Translations under genes and position numbers: made by a program
The notes under the pieces: model-generated
What the model was told of the DNA's origin: nothing
Databases searched by the model: none
The model's input: only the letters and a program-made list of their open reading frames with translations
From: Hadesarchaea archaeon
Lineage (GTDB): Archaea > Hadarchaeota > Hadarchaeia > Hadarchaeales > Hadarchaeaceae
NCBI GenBank assembly: GCA_029259175.1
Contig: JAPDJH010000004.1
Span: forward strand, 32,001 to 96,000
Direction: 5' to 3'
Length of the DNA stretch: 64,000 nt
Shown here: positions 18,567-27,247 of the stretch, piece after piece
Layout: each line of letters starts with the position of its first letter
Numbering within the stretch: position 1 is the first letter of the stretch

Positions 18567-19382
18567 TCACAGCACCCACGTCTTGATTAGTGTGTACAGA
18601 CCGAGTGCGATTACCAACACACCTAGACCTGTTTTTATCCTCCGCTCAGATCTAAATTTAGCGGTAATGCGTGGCCCTACCCATCCTCCTACTGTCGCTC
18701 CAACGAGCAGAGGCATGAGTAAGTTGCTACTCGGTATGCCCTTTGTGAGCACGTAAGTGGCAAATCCGGTAAGACAGATGGGTATCTCAGACGAGGTGGT
18801 CGCCCCAATGGTCTCCTTCGACCTCCTGCCAGCGATCAGCTGGCCGGTGGTGACCACTGGACCAAACCCTCCGCCCGAAATTCCCTTGTTGAACGCGCTC
18901 AGAACGCCTACCCCGAAGATCTTCTTCCAAGAGAAGCCGAATACACTCCTCGAGAGCAGTACAACTCCCATGACGATAACCAGCACGCCTATGTAGGTCT
19001 TGAGCGCGGTCTTCGGGATACTCACGGCCGTTAGGGCCCCCACACACGTTGCCAGCACGCCAGCCGCTGAGATAATAAAGACCACTTTCAAATCCCTGCT
19101 TAGACTTCGCTTAAAAGTCTCGATGTACCCCAGCTCTGCCAGCCTCTGCCTAATATTTTTCTCTACCCTGTACTCCACATGCCCGAGCTTGTGATGTTTC
19201 ACACTCGCAATGAACCCTCCAATTGCCTGTGAGAGCAAGATGGAGGGAATAACTGCAACCGGATTGTATCCCGCAGTTATGAGGGCTGGTGATAGAATGG
19301 TCCCGTAAAGCATTCCTAGGGACGAGTCAATGATTTCGCACCCGCACGCCAGCGCCGCCAACAAAAGAAGGCCCGAATCCAT
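18567..19382 (-). CDS. TauE/SafE (TSUP) family membrane transporter
   Basis: EIIDSSLGMLYGT and FNKGISGGGFGP repeats, multi-TM; start moved to ATG 19382. Confidence 0.88.
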   Translation of the reverse strand: MDSGLLLLAALACGCEIIDSSLGMLYGTILSPALITAGYNPVAVIPSILLSQAIGGFIASVKHHKLGHVEYRVEKNIRQRLAELGYIETFKRSLSRDLKVVFIISAAGVLATCVGALTAVSIPKTALKTYIGVLVIVMGVVLLSRSVFGFSWKKIFGVGVLSAFNKGISGGGFGPVVTTGQLIAGRRSKETIGATTSSEIPICLTGFATYVLTKGIPSSNLLMPLLVGATVGGWVGPRITAKFRSERRIKTGLGVLVIALGLYTLIKTWVL

Positions 19383-19393
19383 TCTTTTACCCC

Positions 19394-20182
19394 TCAACTC
19401 TTGGTCCTTAGGAACTCTTTTTCCAGCACTCTGAAGACATCTTGAGGCTGCTCTATTTCCTCCTCCACGTTCACCGTGATGAGAACCGCTCGCTCGAGGT
19501 GGTCTCCCTTCAGCTCCCCGTAGGGAGTTCGCTTGGGGAGGGTCTGCACCTTGGCCTCGCCGAACGAGCAGAACCCGTGATCGGAAATCAAAATGAGCTT
19601 GTTGGTCTCGCTCGGCAGAAAGCCAGTATCCCACACGAGCTCCCCAATTTTCTCGTCTAGTTTTTTGTACCACTCTAGAACCACGGGTTCGCCCCAGTGG
19701 AAATGCTGAACTCTATCCAGCAGCGTGAACACCGAAATCAGAAGATCTGGCTTCCAAGTCAGCAGCTCCTTCGTTGTTTCGGTGACCCGCTCGAGTTCCT
19801 CCTCCCATTCCTTTTCGTTGCTGGGCAGGCCGAAACCCACCGGCCTGAAATCCACGTTGAAGGAGTAGGGCGGCACCACAAACGGGACGTTCAAAACTCG
19901 AACATCTATCTTGTCCTTCAAAATATCCCAGATGAACTTTACGGGGATATCTTCTCTTTTTACTATCTTGCCATCTTTTGTAAACTCCAAGTGTCCGTGC
20001 TCCTCAACGGTCTTTCCAGAAAACATCCCGCACCAGATCGCTGCAGAAATTGGTTTTTCTCTGAGCACGATTTCTTTTGCCTTCCCTGCTTGGATAAGCC
20101 TCGCAAAATTCTTCAAAACTTTTAGATTTGGGCGAATAACGTTCCAGCTTGCTCCGTCGATGCCTAAAACGAAAAACGTCAA
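19394..20182 (-). CDS. alkaline-phosphatase-superfamily protein (nucleotide pyrophosphatase/phosphodiesterase-like)
   Basis: LGIDGA, PISAAIW..MFSG, DRVQH, ISDHGF, GDH. Confidence 0.85.
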   Translation of the reverse strand: MTFFVLGIDGASWNVIRPNLKVLKNFARLIQAGKAKEIVLREKPISAAIWCGMFSGKTVEEHGHLEFTKDGKIVKREDIPVKFIWDILKDKIDVRVLNVPFVVPPYSFNVDFRPVGFGLPSNEKEWEEELERVTETTKELLTWKPDLLISVFTLLDRVQHFHWGEPVVLEWYKKLDEKIGELVWDTGFLPSETNKLILISDHGFCSFGEAKVQTLPKRTPYGELKGDHLERAVLITVNVEEEIEQPQDVFRVLEKEFLRTKS

Positions 20183-21405
20183 CTCGATACCTCCAAGGCC
20201 ACTCCTGCCCCGATATTTTTTCCATTTTTCATTATGACGAATCTACCAAGTTCTGGAATATCTGGATACCGCTCCACCACCATAGGTTCACGGAGAGATA
20301 GTACCATTAGTGCTGCTTCGTTTATGTCAACGACAGAGGGCTGTTTTTCAACAATCGCCCCGGTTTCTGTGTCGATTTTCTCAAGAATGTTCTGCACCCG
20401 CGCTGGCACGGCCGCAGTACCACACTTGACCACTATTGTTTCGTTCTTTCTCAGACGATCGAGCAGGAGAACCACTTCTCCTTTTATCTCTGTAACTTTT
20501 TTAGGTGGCGACTCCGCAAGACCGAACACTTCACCTCTCCGCGGAATTACGCTACTTATTACTCCCACGCACTCGCCTGGCTTGGCTTCGCTCCGCTCGC
20601 CTTCGTACACGCGGATTTGCTGAACTATTGCCGGTCTTCCCGAAGGCTCGAAAACCCCTTTCGCCCCTTTTCTCAGCACGCCGCTTTCCACTCGTCCAAC
20701 AACAATTTTTTCTCCATCCACCTCATACACGTCCTGCACAACAAATCTCAACGGTTTGTCCAATTCCCTGCTTTTTATCGGAATAGCATCCAGTGCCTCG
20801 ATCAGGGTCTTCTTCGCCCAAGGCATCTTAGTAGAGCGGCGGTAAACATTCTCTCCTTCTATGGCGGAGATCGGCACGAAACTTATCTTGTCCAAATCAA
20901 ACCCTAGGGAATCTAAAAATTCCTTCATCGCGTTGTGGATCCTTTCAAACGGTTCTTTTTGATATCTTACAGCATCCATCTTGTTTACGGCGACCACCAA
21001 GTGTTCGATTCCGAGTAGTTTGAGCAGAAACACGTGTCTGCGGGTCTGCTCCTCTATCCCTTCCTGCGCTGACACTATTACGATCGCCGCGTCTGCTTGA
21101 GAAGCACCAGTTAGCATGTTTTTGAGAAACTCTTTGTGACCTGGAGAGTCGATAATAGTGTAAAGACGATTCTTACCTTTGAAAAACACCCGTGTAGACT
21201 CTATGGTCATCTGTTCTTTTCGCTCTTCTTCGAGCGCATCTAGGAAATAAGCGAACTCGAATCTCCGTTTCAGCTCCTCAGCATATTTTTGAATCTCCTC
21301 TACACGATCGTCGGTGACACTCTCACCATCATATAGCAAGCGTCCTATAGTGGTGGATTTCCCGTGATCCACATGACCAACGAAAACCACGTTGACGCTC
21401 TCCAT
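20179..21405 (-). CDS. cysN: sulfate adenylyltransferase GTPase subunit (no fused APS kinase)
   Basis: GHVDHGKST, AYFLDALEEER, DSPGH, NMLTGASQAD, NKMD; adjacent to cysD. Confidence 0.88.
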   Translation of the reverse strand: MESVNVVFVGHVDHGKSTTIGRLLYDGESVTDDRVEEIQKYAEELKRRFEFAYFLDALEEERKEQMTIESTRVFFKGKNRLYTIIDSPGHKEFLKNMLTGASQADAAIVIVSAQEGIEEQTRRHVFLLKLLGIEHLVVAVNKMDAVRYQKEPFERIHNAMKEFLDSLGFDLDKISFVPISAIEGENVYRRSTKMPWAKKTLIEALDAIPIKSRELDKPLRFVVQDVYEVDGEKIVVGRVESGVLRKGAKGVFEPSGRPAIVQQIRVYEGERSEAKPGECVGVISSVIPRRGEVFGLAESPPKKVTEIKGEVVLLLDRLRKNETIVVKCGTAAVPARVQNILEKIDTETGAIVEKQPSVVDINEAALMVLSLREPMVVERYPDIPELGRFVIMKNGKNIGAGVALEVSS

Positions 21406-21416
21406 TACCGTCCCGC

Positions 21417-22229
21417 CTACATGTATCCAAGCGCCCGGAGTTTCTGCATCATGAAAGCCTGTTCTTTATCCTGTGCTCGTCCGGCCCGCTCAGCGGTTTT
21501 GGTTCGCTCCAATTCCTCAATGATCTTGTCAATCGTGTCGGCGTTAGAATCGATTGGATTCGTGCATGGCATGCAACCCAAACTTCTGTATCTCTTCCCG
21601 TTTCGAGCAAAATACATGGGGTTAACAGGGATGCCCTCACGTTTTATGTAGCGCCAAATATCGATCTCCCGCCAGTGGAGCATCGGGTGCACACGTGTGT
21701 GGGTGGCCTCTTCTGAGGCCTTTTCATACTGATCCCACATCTCCAACGGTTGATCGCGATAGTCCCATCGGAAGTTGGCATCGCGGAGGCTGAAATACCT
21801 CTCCTTTGCCCGGATACCGTGCTCGTCTCTTCGGATTGCCAAAAGGAGGGCATCGAATCCGTGTTTTTTCATTGCTATCTGAAGAGCCTGCGTTTTGAGA
21901 GCAGTACAACAAGCAAGCTTTCCCTTTTCGGGACCCATTCCACTCTTCAACGCCTCTTCGTTCCGAGCAATTATCAAATTTAGCCCCCATTTTCTCACCC
22001 ACTTGTCCCTGAACTCGTACATCTCTGGAAACTTCCGCCCCGTGTCAATATGGATGACCGGAAATGGCACTTTTCCATAGAAAGCCTTGCGACACAGCCA
22101 GAGGAGAGTGGTAGAGTCCTTTCCCATACTCCAGAGCATGGCTGGTTTCTTGAACTGCGCTTTTGCTTCCCTAATGATGTAGATACTCTGATTCTCGAGC
22201 TGATCTAGATAATCCCCCACGCACATCAC
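21417..22229 (-). CDS. cysD: sulfate adenylyltransferase subunit 2
   Basis: LENQSIYIIRE, WSMGKDS, HIDTG, RRDEHGIRAKER, YRSLGC, ERAGRAQD. Confidence 0.94.
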   Translation of the reverse strand: MMCVGDYLDQLENQSIYIIREAKAQFKKPAMLWSMGKDSTTLLWLCRKAFYGKVPFPVIHIDTGRKFPEMYEFRDKWVRKWGLNLIIARNEEALKSGMGPEKGKLACCTALKTQALQIAMKKHGFDALLLAIRRDEHGIRAKERYFSLRDANFRWDYRDQPLEMWDQYEKASEEATHTRVHPMLHWREIDIWRYIKREGIPVNPMYFARNGKRYRSLGCMPCTNPIDSNADTIDKIIEELERTKTAERAGRAQDKEQAFMMQKLRALGYM

Positions 22230-22450
22230 CTCAGATATCCCAGCGCCCGCAAGCGGCGTCTGATTTTTTCTGCATCTTCTCTGGCAAACGGCATCTCACC
22301 GCTTTCATGAGCTTCCACAAGCACTTCCCGTAGCAGATATCCCACATAACTGGAAACCGAAGGGAATCCGGTATTCTCTATCTGCTTTTTTATTTTCTCG
22401 AACAGCTGCACCGGAATAGATACGGTTGTGAATTTTTTCCTTCTCGGCAT
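22226..22450 (-). CDS. ribbon-helix-helix (CopG-like) protein with C-terminal RLRALGY
   Basis: TTVSIP beta-strand, GF.SVSSYV..LLRE helices; GTGA overlap with cysD. Confidence 0.85.
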   Translation of the reverse strand: MPRRKKFTTVSIPVQLFEKIKKQIENTGFPSVSSYVGYLLREVLVEAHESGEMPFAREDAEKIRRRLRALGYLR

Positions 22451-22464
22451 CTTCTCAATTTAAT

Positions 22465-22487
22465 TATATGTGATTACACTATAAAAA
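22465..22487 (-). promoter_or_regulatory. putative TATA box with overlapping imperfect inverted repeat
   Basis: Minus strand TTTTTATA about 30 nt before ATG 22450; TATAGTG-TAAT-CACATATA overlaps it. Confidence 0.4.
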
Positions 22488-22505
22488 TTCTCCCCATCTG
22501 GGAAA

Positions 22506-22709
22506 CTAGCGTAAATACCCAAGGGCTCGTAGTCTTTCCTTTATTTTTTCTTCATCCGTCGCTTTTTTTTCTATAGTTTTTTCAATGATTCTCCGAACAT
22601 ATTCTTCTACTGAACGAATGCCCTCATTTCTAGCGCGCATCTTCAGCTCTTCATATAAAAATTTTGGAACCTTTATCGTTATTACCATAGTTTTGTTTTT
22701 TCGAAACAT
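22506..22709 (-). CDS. second ribbon-helix-helix protein with C-terminal RLRALGY
   Basis: ITIKVP..LYEELK..A...G..SVEEYV; ends EEKIKERLRALGYLR. Confidence 0.75.
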   Translation of the reverse strand: MFRKNKTMVITIKVPKFLYEELKMRARNEGIRSVEEYVRRIIEKTIEKKATDEEKIKERLRALGYLR

Positions 22710-22782
22710 TTGATCCTACTCTTTCCACCGTTGAGGAAAATAAAAGCTTTTTCGTAGGCATGATGTTTAAATTAGGACGCTG

Positions 22783-24342
22783 ATGAGAGAAAGTTACGCA
22801 AAATACATAGTCAAAGGTGGTTCGGCTGTTTTCCTAGCGTTAATAATAAGCCAAATTTTAGCATTCGGGATTCGGGTATTTCTCGCTAGACCACTTCTTC
22901 AGCAAGACCTAAGCGCAGGAGTCCCAGAGGGATATCACTTTGGATTAGTATACGGAACTCTCGCATTTATTTCGCTTTTTCCCCTTTTCAGAAATATAGG
23001 CATACCAACTGCACTAATAAAATATGTTTCCCAGTACTTTACGCAAAGAAGATTCAAACAAATAAAATCATTGTTTTTCTCTGCTCTCACGCTTCAACTT
23101 TCATTGTCAATTTTAATAGCAATACTGATAATAGTTTTCGCCGAACAAGTCGCGTTTAATGTCTTCAAAAGCCCAGAAGCCACATTATTGATCCAAATAC
23201 TCGCGCTTTGGTTGATTGGAGACTCGGTCTTCACAGTGATATTAAGCTCATTTCAAGGCCTTAAAAACATGCTTACTTACTCCATTATTCGATGTTTACA
23301 TTCCTTTTTACTTCTGGCTCTCATGATAGCATTTGTAGGATTTTTAGACTTGGGCGCATTGGGTGCGATTATCGCATACACAGTCAATGTGATTTTTGTC
23401 TCAATATTTGGGATGTTCAAATTGTTCAAAAGTTATCCTAAAATCTTCAAAAAAATAAAACCTCAGATCTCCATGCACTCTGCCAAAATCTTAGTAAGTT
23501 TTGGTATTCCGGTCTTTTTGGGATCTATAGCCAGCATGATTCTAACCTCGATGGACACAATCATGATCGCCTTCTTTAGAACCCTGCCTGAAGTAGGACT
23601 CTACCAGGCAGCACAGCCCACGGCCAAATTTTTATGGTATTTTCCAATGACTTTGAGTGTTTTGACTTTACCAATGTTTTCCGAGATATGGGCACGCAGA
23701 GATAAAAAACTATTACAAAATGTTCTCTACATATTAACTCGCTTCTCCTTTTTTCTGATTATTCCTGCATGTTTTCTTTTCATCGCTTTTCCTGGCGAAA
23801 TTTTGCGAATATTGTTTGGTGAAGAATACGTGGCCGGTGCCACGGTACTCCAAATATTGGCTGTGGCCGCAATTATCTATACTGTGTATAGCATATTGGG
23901 TCAAACGATTATAGGAATTGGAAAACCTATTGTAGGCTCGATTACTGTTGCGATAATGGCAGTAATAAACTTGATTCTTAACATTTTGCTTATCCCTTCA
24001 TCGGGCATTGTTGGTGCTGCGCTTGCAAGTCTTTTTGCTTACATGATTGGTTTCATTTTCCTGTTTAACTATTTGCAAAAATTAATGAAATTCCAAATTT
24101 TGGACATTTCAATTTTCAAGATGGCCGTTGGCGGTGTTTTGACTCTTTTGATTATCTTTGTGCTGAAATCATTTCTAAATTTTCAACCATTAGTTGAAGC
24201 CGCTGTTTTATTGATTTTAGGTACCGCAATTTATCTTCTATGGACATTGAAAACCAATGCAATAACCCAAAGCGATCTCCTAATGATAAAAAATGTAGCA
24301 CCAATACCTAAATGGATACTGAAAATCGCCAAGCGCAAGTAG
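22783..24342 (+). CDS. Wzx/MOP-superfamily oligosaccharide flippase
   Basis: Many TM segments, DTIMIAFF....VGLYQAA, NILLIP..GIVGAALA. Confidence 0.92.
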   Translation: MRESYAKYIVKGGSAVFLALIISQILAFGIRVFLARPLLQQDLSAGVPEGYHFGLVYGTLAFISLFPLFRNIGIPTALIKYVSQYFTQRRFKQIKSLFFSALTLQLSLSILIAILIIVFAEQVAFNVFKSPEATLLIQILALWLIGDSVFTVILSSFQGLKNMLTYSIIRCLHSFLLLALMIAFVGFLDLGALGAIIAYTVNVIFVSIFGMFKLFKSYPKIFKKIKPQISMHSAKILVSFGIPVFLGSIASMILTSMDTIMIAFFRTLPEVGLYQAAQPTAKFLWYFPMTLSVLTLPMFSEIWARRDKKLLQNVLYILTRFSFFLIIPACFLFIAFPGEILRILFGEEYVAGATVLQILAVAAIIYTVYSILGQTIIGIGKPIVGSITVAIMAVINLILNILLIPSSGIVGAALASLFAYMIGFIFLFNYLQKLMKFQILDISIFKMAVGGVLTLLIIFVLKSFLNFQPLVEAAVLLILGTAIYLLWTLKTNAITQSDLLMIKNVAPIPKWILKIAKRK

Positions 24343-24376
24343 TTTTTAGTATCTTATCGAAAATGATGGTGGAATC

Positions 24377-25258
24377 ATGAGAATATGTATCGTGGGTGGG
24401 GGCACCGTAGGAAGCGCGGTTGGTATGGGACTTGCAAAATTGGGACACGAAATAGTGTTTTATGATGTCGAAGAGCAAAAAACACGAGAGCTTAATAAAA
24501 AAGGATTTAGAGCTACCACAAACTTTGAAGAAGCTATTCAGAACACAAATATGTCGTTCATATGTGTTCCCACCCCCACTATCCGGGGAAAAATTTGTCT
24601 ATCTCACGTTAAGGACTCTATCAAAAAAATCGCCAATTTTCTGAAACATCATGATAAGTATTACCTCGTCGTCATTAAGAGCACAGTACTTCCAATGACA
24701 ACGGAAAAGGTTATAATTCCGCTCATAGAGAAGATTTCGAAAAAGAAAGTTGGTAAAGATTTTGGTGTGTGCGTAAATCCAGAATTTCTAACAGAGTCTC
24801 ACAAAAGTTGGACTAAAAACAGGCGTTTTGCAAGGGATTTTTTCAGCGAAGACAGGATAGTTATCGGTGAATCCGATAAAAAAGCGGGAAACGTTCTCGT
24901 ACGACTGTATAAACCACTGCGAATCCCTATCATTAGAACCGATTTGCGAACGGCAGAGACTATAAAATATGCTTGTAACTGTGCGCTAGCCTGCAGGATC
25001 TCCTATTGGAACGAAATATATTATGTGTGCAAAAACATTGGCGTAGACTCTCATTTTGTGGCTCGTGTAGCAGCCATGGACGAAAGAATAGGCGTCTATG
25101 GAACCGTGCATGGTAAGGCCTTCGGTGGAAAATGTTTGCCAAAAGATTTGAAAGCCTTTATAGCATTTTGTAAAGAGATCGGTTATAGACCACGACTCTT
25201 AGAGGCTGTCGACTTAATCAATGAAAAAATCAGAAAAGAAGAGGGGATAAGAGAGTGA
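24377..25258 (+). CDS. UDP-glucose/GDP-mannose dehydrogenase family, short form lacking the C-terminal domain
   Basis: GGGTVG, CVPTP, KSTVLP, NPEFL, AETIKY.CN, FGGKCLPKD; 293 aa. Confidence 0.88.
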   Translation: MRICIVGGGTVGSAVGMGLAKLGHEIVFYDVEEQKTRELNKKGFRATTNFEEAIQNTNMSFICVPTPTIRGKICLSHVKDSIKKIANFLKHHDKYYLVVIKSTVLPMTTEKVIIPLIEKISKKKVGKDFGVCVNPEFLTESHKSWTKNRRFARDFFSEDRIVIGESDKKAGNVLVRLYKPLRIPIIRTDLRTAETIKYACNCALACRISYWNEIYYVCKNIGVDSHFVARVAAMDERIGVYGTVHGKAFGGKCLPKDLKAFIAFCKEIGYRPRLLEAVDLINEKIRKEEGIRE

Positions 25259-26013
25259 TCAAAAAAGGTATTGTCCTTGCGGCTGGGAAAGGCTCCAGAT
25301 TATTTCCCCTAACGCTCGCAATTCCGAAGGAGATGATTCGAGTTGGTGTCAAGCCCGCGATCGAACATGCCATAAATGTTCTAAAAGCCGGAGGAGTTTC
25401 CGACATTCTAATAATCGTCGGAAGAAACAAAGAAGCCATTTTCAACTATCTAGGCTCTGGAAAAAGACTGGGTGTTCAAATCTCTTATCGCATTCAAGAG
25501 GAGCTACTGGGAACCGCCGATGCCACTTACTACGGAAAGGACTTCGTCCAAAATGAAGATTTTGCTTTGATTTATGGAGACAATTATCTCAAACCATACA
25601 ACGTTATGAAAGAAGTTGTCAAAGTTCACGAAGAAAGCAACGCAGATGCTACGCTCGTATTATCCTTAGTGAAAGATCCAAGGCAACATGGGATCGTTAA
25701 AATTGACAAAGAAGGGTGGATAACACGTATGATCGAAAAACCCACTCTTAGTGAAGCCAGACCTTTTCGACACAATAGAAAATATCTCAGCATAGCTGGA
25801 CTAATGATCCTTAAACCAATTATTTTTAGATACATAAAGAAAACAAAACCTGGCAAGAATGGGGAAATATGGCTCACCGACACTCTCGAACTCATGAGAA
25901 GAGATGGAAAACGTGTTCGAGGATTTATTTTTAATGGTGAACGATACGATATCGGAACCTTGGAATCTTTAATAGAAGCAGATAAACTCGAATACAAAAA
26001 TTTCAAGAAATGA
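25255..26013 (+). CDS. sugar-phosphate nucleotidyltransferase
   Basis: LAAGKGSRL.P.T..IPKEM, LGTA, GD, IEKP, GEIWLTD, DIGT. Confidence 0.92.
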   Translation: MIKKGIVLAAGKGSRLFPLTLAIPKEMIRVGVKPAIEHAINVLKAGGVSDILIIVGRNKEAIFNYLGSGKRLGVQISYRIQEELLGTADATYYGKDFVQNEDFALIYGDNYLKPYNVMKEVVKVHEESNADATLVLSLVKDPRQHGIVKIDKEGWITRMIEKPTLSEARPFRHNRKYLSIAGLMILKPIIFRYIKKTKPGKNGEIWLTDTLELMRRDGKRVRGFIFNGERYDIGTLESLIEADKLEYKNFKK

Positions 26014-27226
26014 ACTGCCTCACAATATTAAAAGGAAAACGAAACCTGTTTTTAAACCACCAGGGGAGGGCAGAATAGCTTGAATATGCCATCCTAGTTA
26101 AAAGAACTCTGAATTCGGAAGGGTTGAATTCCAATTGATATCTCTTTACTGCGGAATTATCTAGTTCTACTCCCAACCCTCCGGCCGTTGGAAGTTTTAG
26201 ACATCCGCGAGTGAGGCCTATTGGTTTTTTGATAATATCATATCCTCGAATGTTAAACAGCCCAATTTCCTCGCTGGGGTATTGGATCTCTCTAAGCGAA
26301 GCAACCAAATGCATATAAGCGGAAACACCAACACCGCTCATCACCGCCCCGCCAATCACATATTCAAGACCCAAATCTAGAGCTTTTTCAATCAATTTTC
26401 TAGTCACGGAAAGACATCCAAACTTCGGAGGATGGAAATTCACAACATCTGCAACTTTTTTTGTTGCTATTAGGTCAATGTCCGACGGTTTCCACACGCT
26501 TTCATCGACCATTATCTTGATATTAGTCATTTTTCGAAGTTTTCGAAGACCATCCCAGTCACGCCATCTTATTGGTTGCTCAGCAATGATTATTCCATGC
26601 TCTTCGAGTTTTCTGAGAGTCTTTGCAGCTTTTTCAGCTTTTTCATAGGCCTGATTGGCATCTATCCTAAGCGCGATGCGGGGGCCCACCGCTTCTCGGA
26701 TTTGTTTTACGATTTTACAATCAATGTCCTCATTGCCTGTTACTTTTATTTTGAGATGGGTGATGCCTTGGGATGTCCAATACTTGGCAAATCTAACCAT
26801 TTCGGAAATCGGTGCCAGATATACCGTTCCTGTTGCAGGTATTTTTTTTCTGTAAATTTTGCCCAATTCTTTGGCCATTACAAATCCACTAGCTTTGCTT
26901 AGAGCGTCTAAAATTGCTGTTTCAAAAGCCAGCAAGATTCCATAATCGACTATTCGATTTTGAACCAAACGTTCTTGAATTTTGGACAAAGCTTCCAAAG
27001 CATCCGGAAGTTTTTGACCTTGTATGGTCTTGGCTATCTTTATCCCCAACGCGTGAGAATTGTAAGCGTGAGTGTAGAACGGCGTACCTTCTCCCACCCC
27101 CTCCGTCTCAGTGGTCCGTATTTTTACAAGAATGTGATTTCGGTATTTTTCTGTCCCCCACGGTAACCTAATATCGAGAGGGAACCTCAAGAGATAGATT
27201 TCAGAACGGAGGATTTTTGCCATCAA
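26003..27226 (-). CDS. enolase-superfamily (muconate cycloisomerase/racemase-like) protein
   Basis: GVGE, KIK, IDAN, EQP, DES, GLGVELD. Confidence 0.85.
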   Translation of the reverse strand: MMAKILRSEIYLLRFPLDIRLPWGTEKYRNHILVKIRTTETEGVGEGTPFYTHAYNSHALGIKIAKTIQGQKLPDALEALSKIQERLVQNRIVDYGILLAFETAILDALSKASGFVMAKELGKIYRKKIPATGTVYLAPISEMVRFAKYWTSQGITHLKIKVTGNEDIDCKIVKQIREAVGPRIALRIDANQAYEKAEKAAKTLRKLEEHGIIIAEQPIRWRDWDGLRKLRKMTNIKIMVDESVWKPSDIDLIATKKVADVVNFHPPKFGCLSVTRKLIEKALDLGLEYVIGGAVMSGVGVSAYMHLVASLREIQYPSEEIGLFNIRGYDIIKKPIGLTRGCLKLPTAGGLGVELDNSAVKRYQLEFNPSEFRVLLTRMAYSSYSALPWWFKNRFRFPFNIVRQFIS

Positions 27227-27247
27227 ACATTCATGGCAAAAAGTGTT

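Noticed and set aside
20179-21405. Possible EF-1alpha or SelB paralog
   Set aside because: Operonic with cysD and carries the CysN-type AYFLDALEEER and NMLTGASQAD pattern
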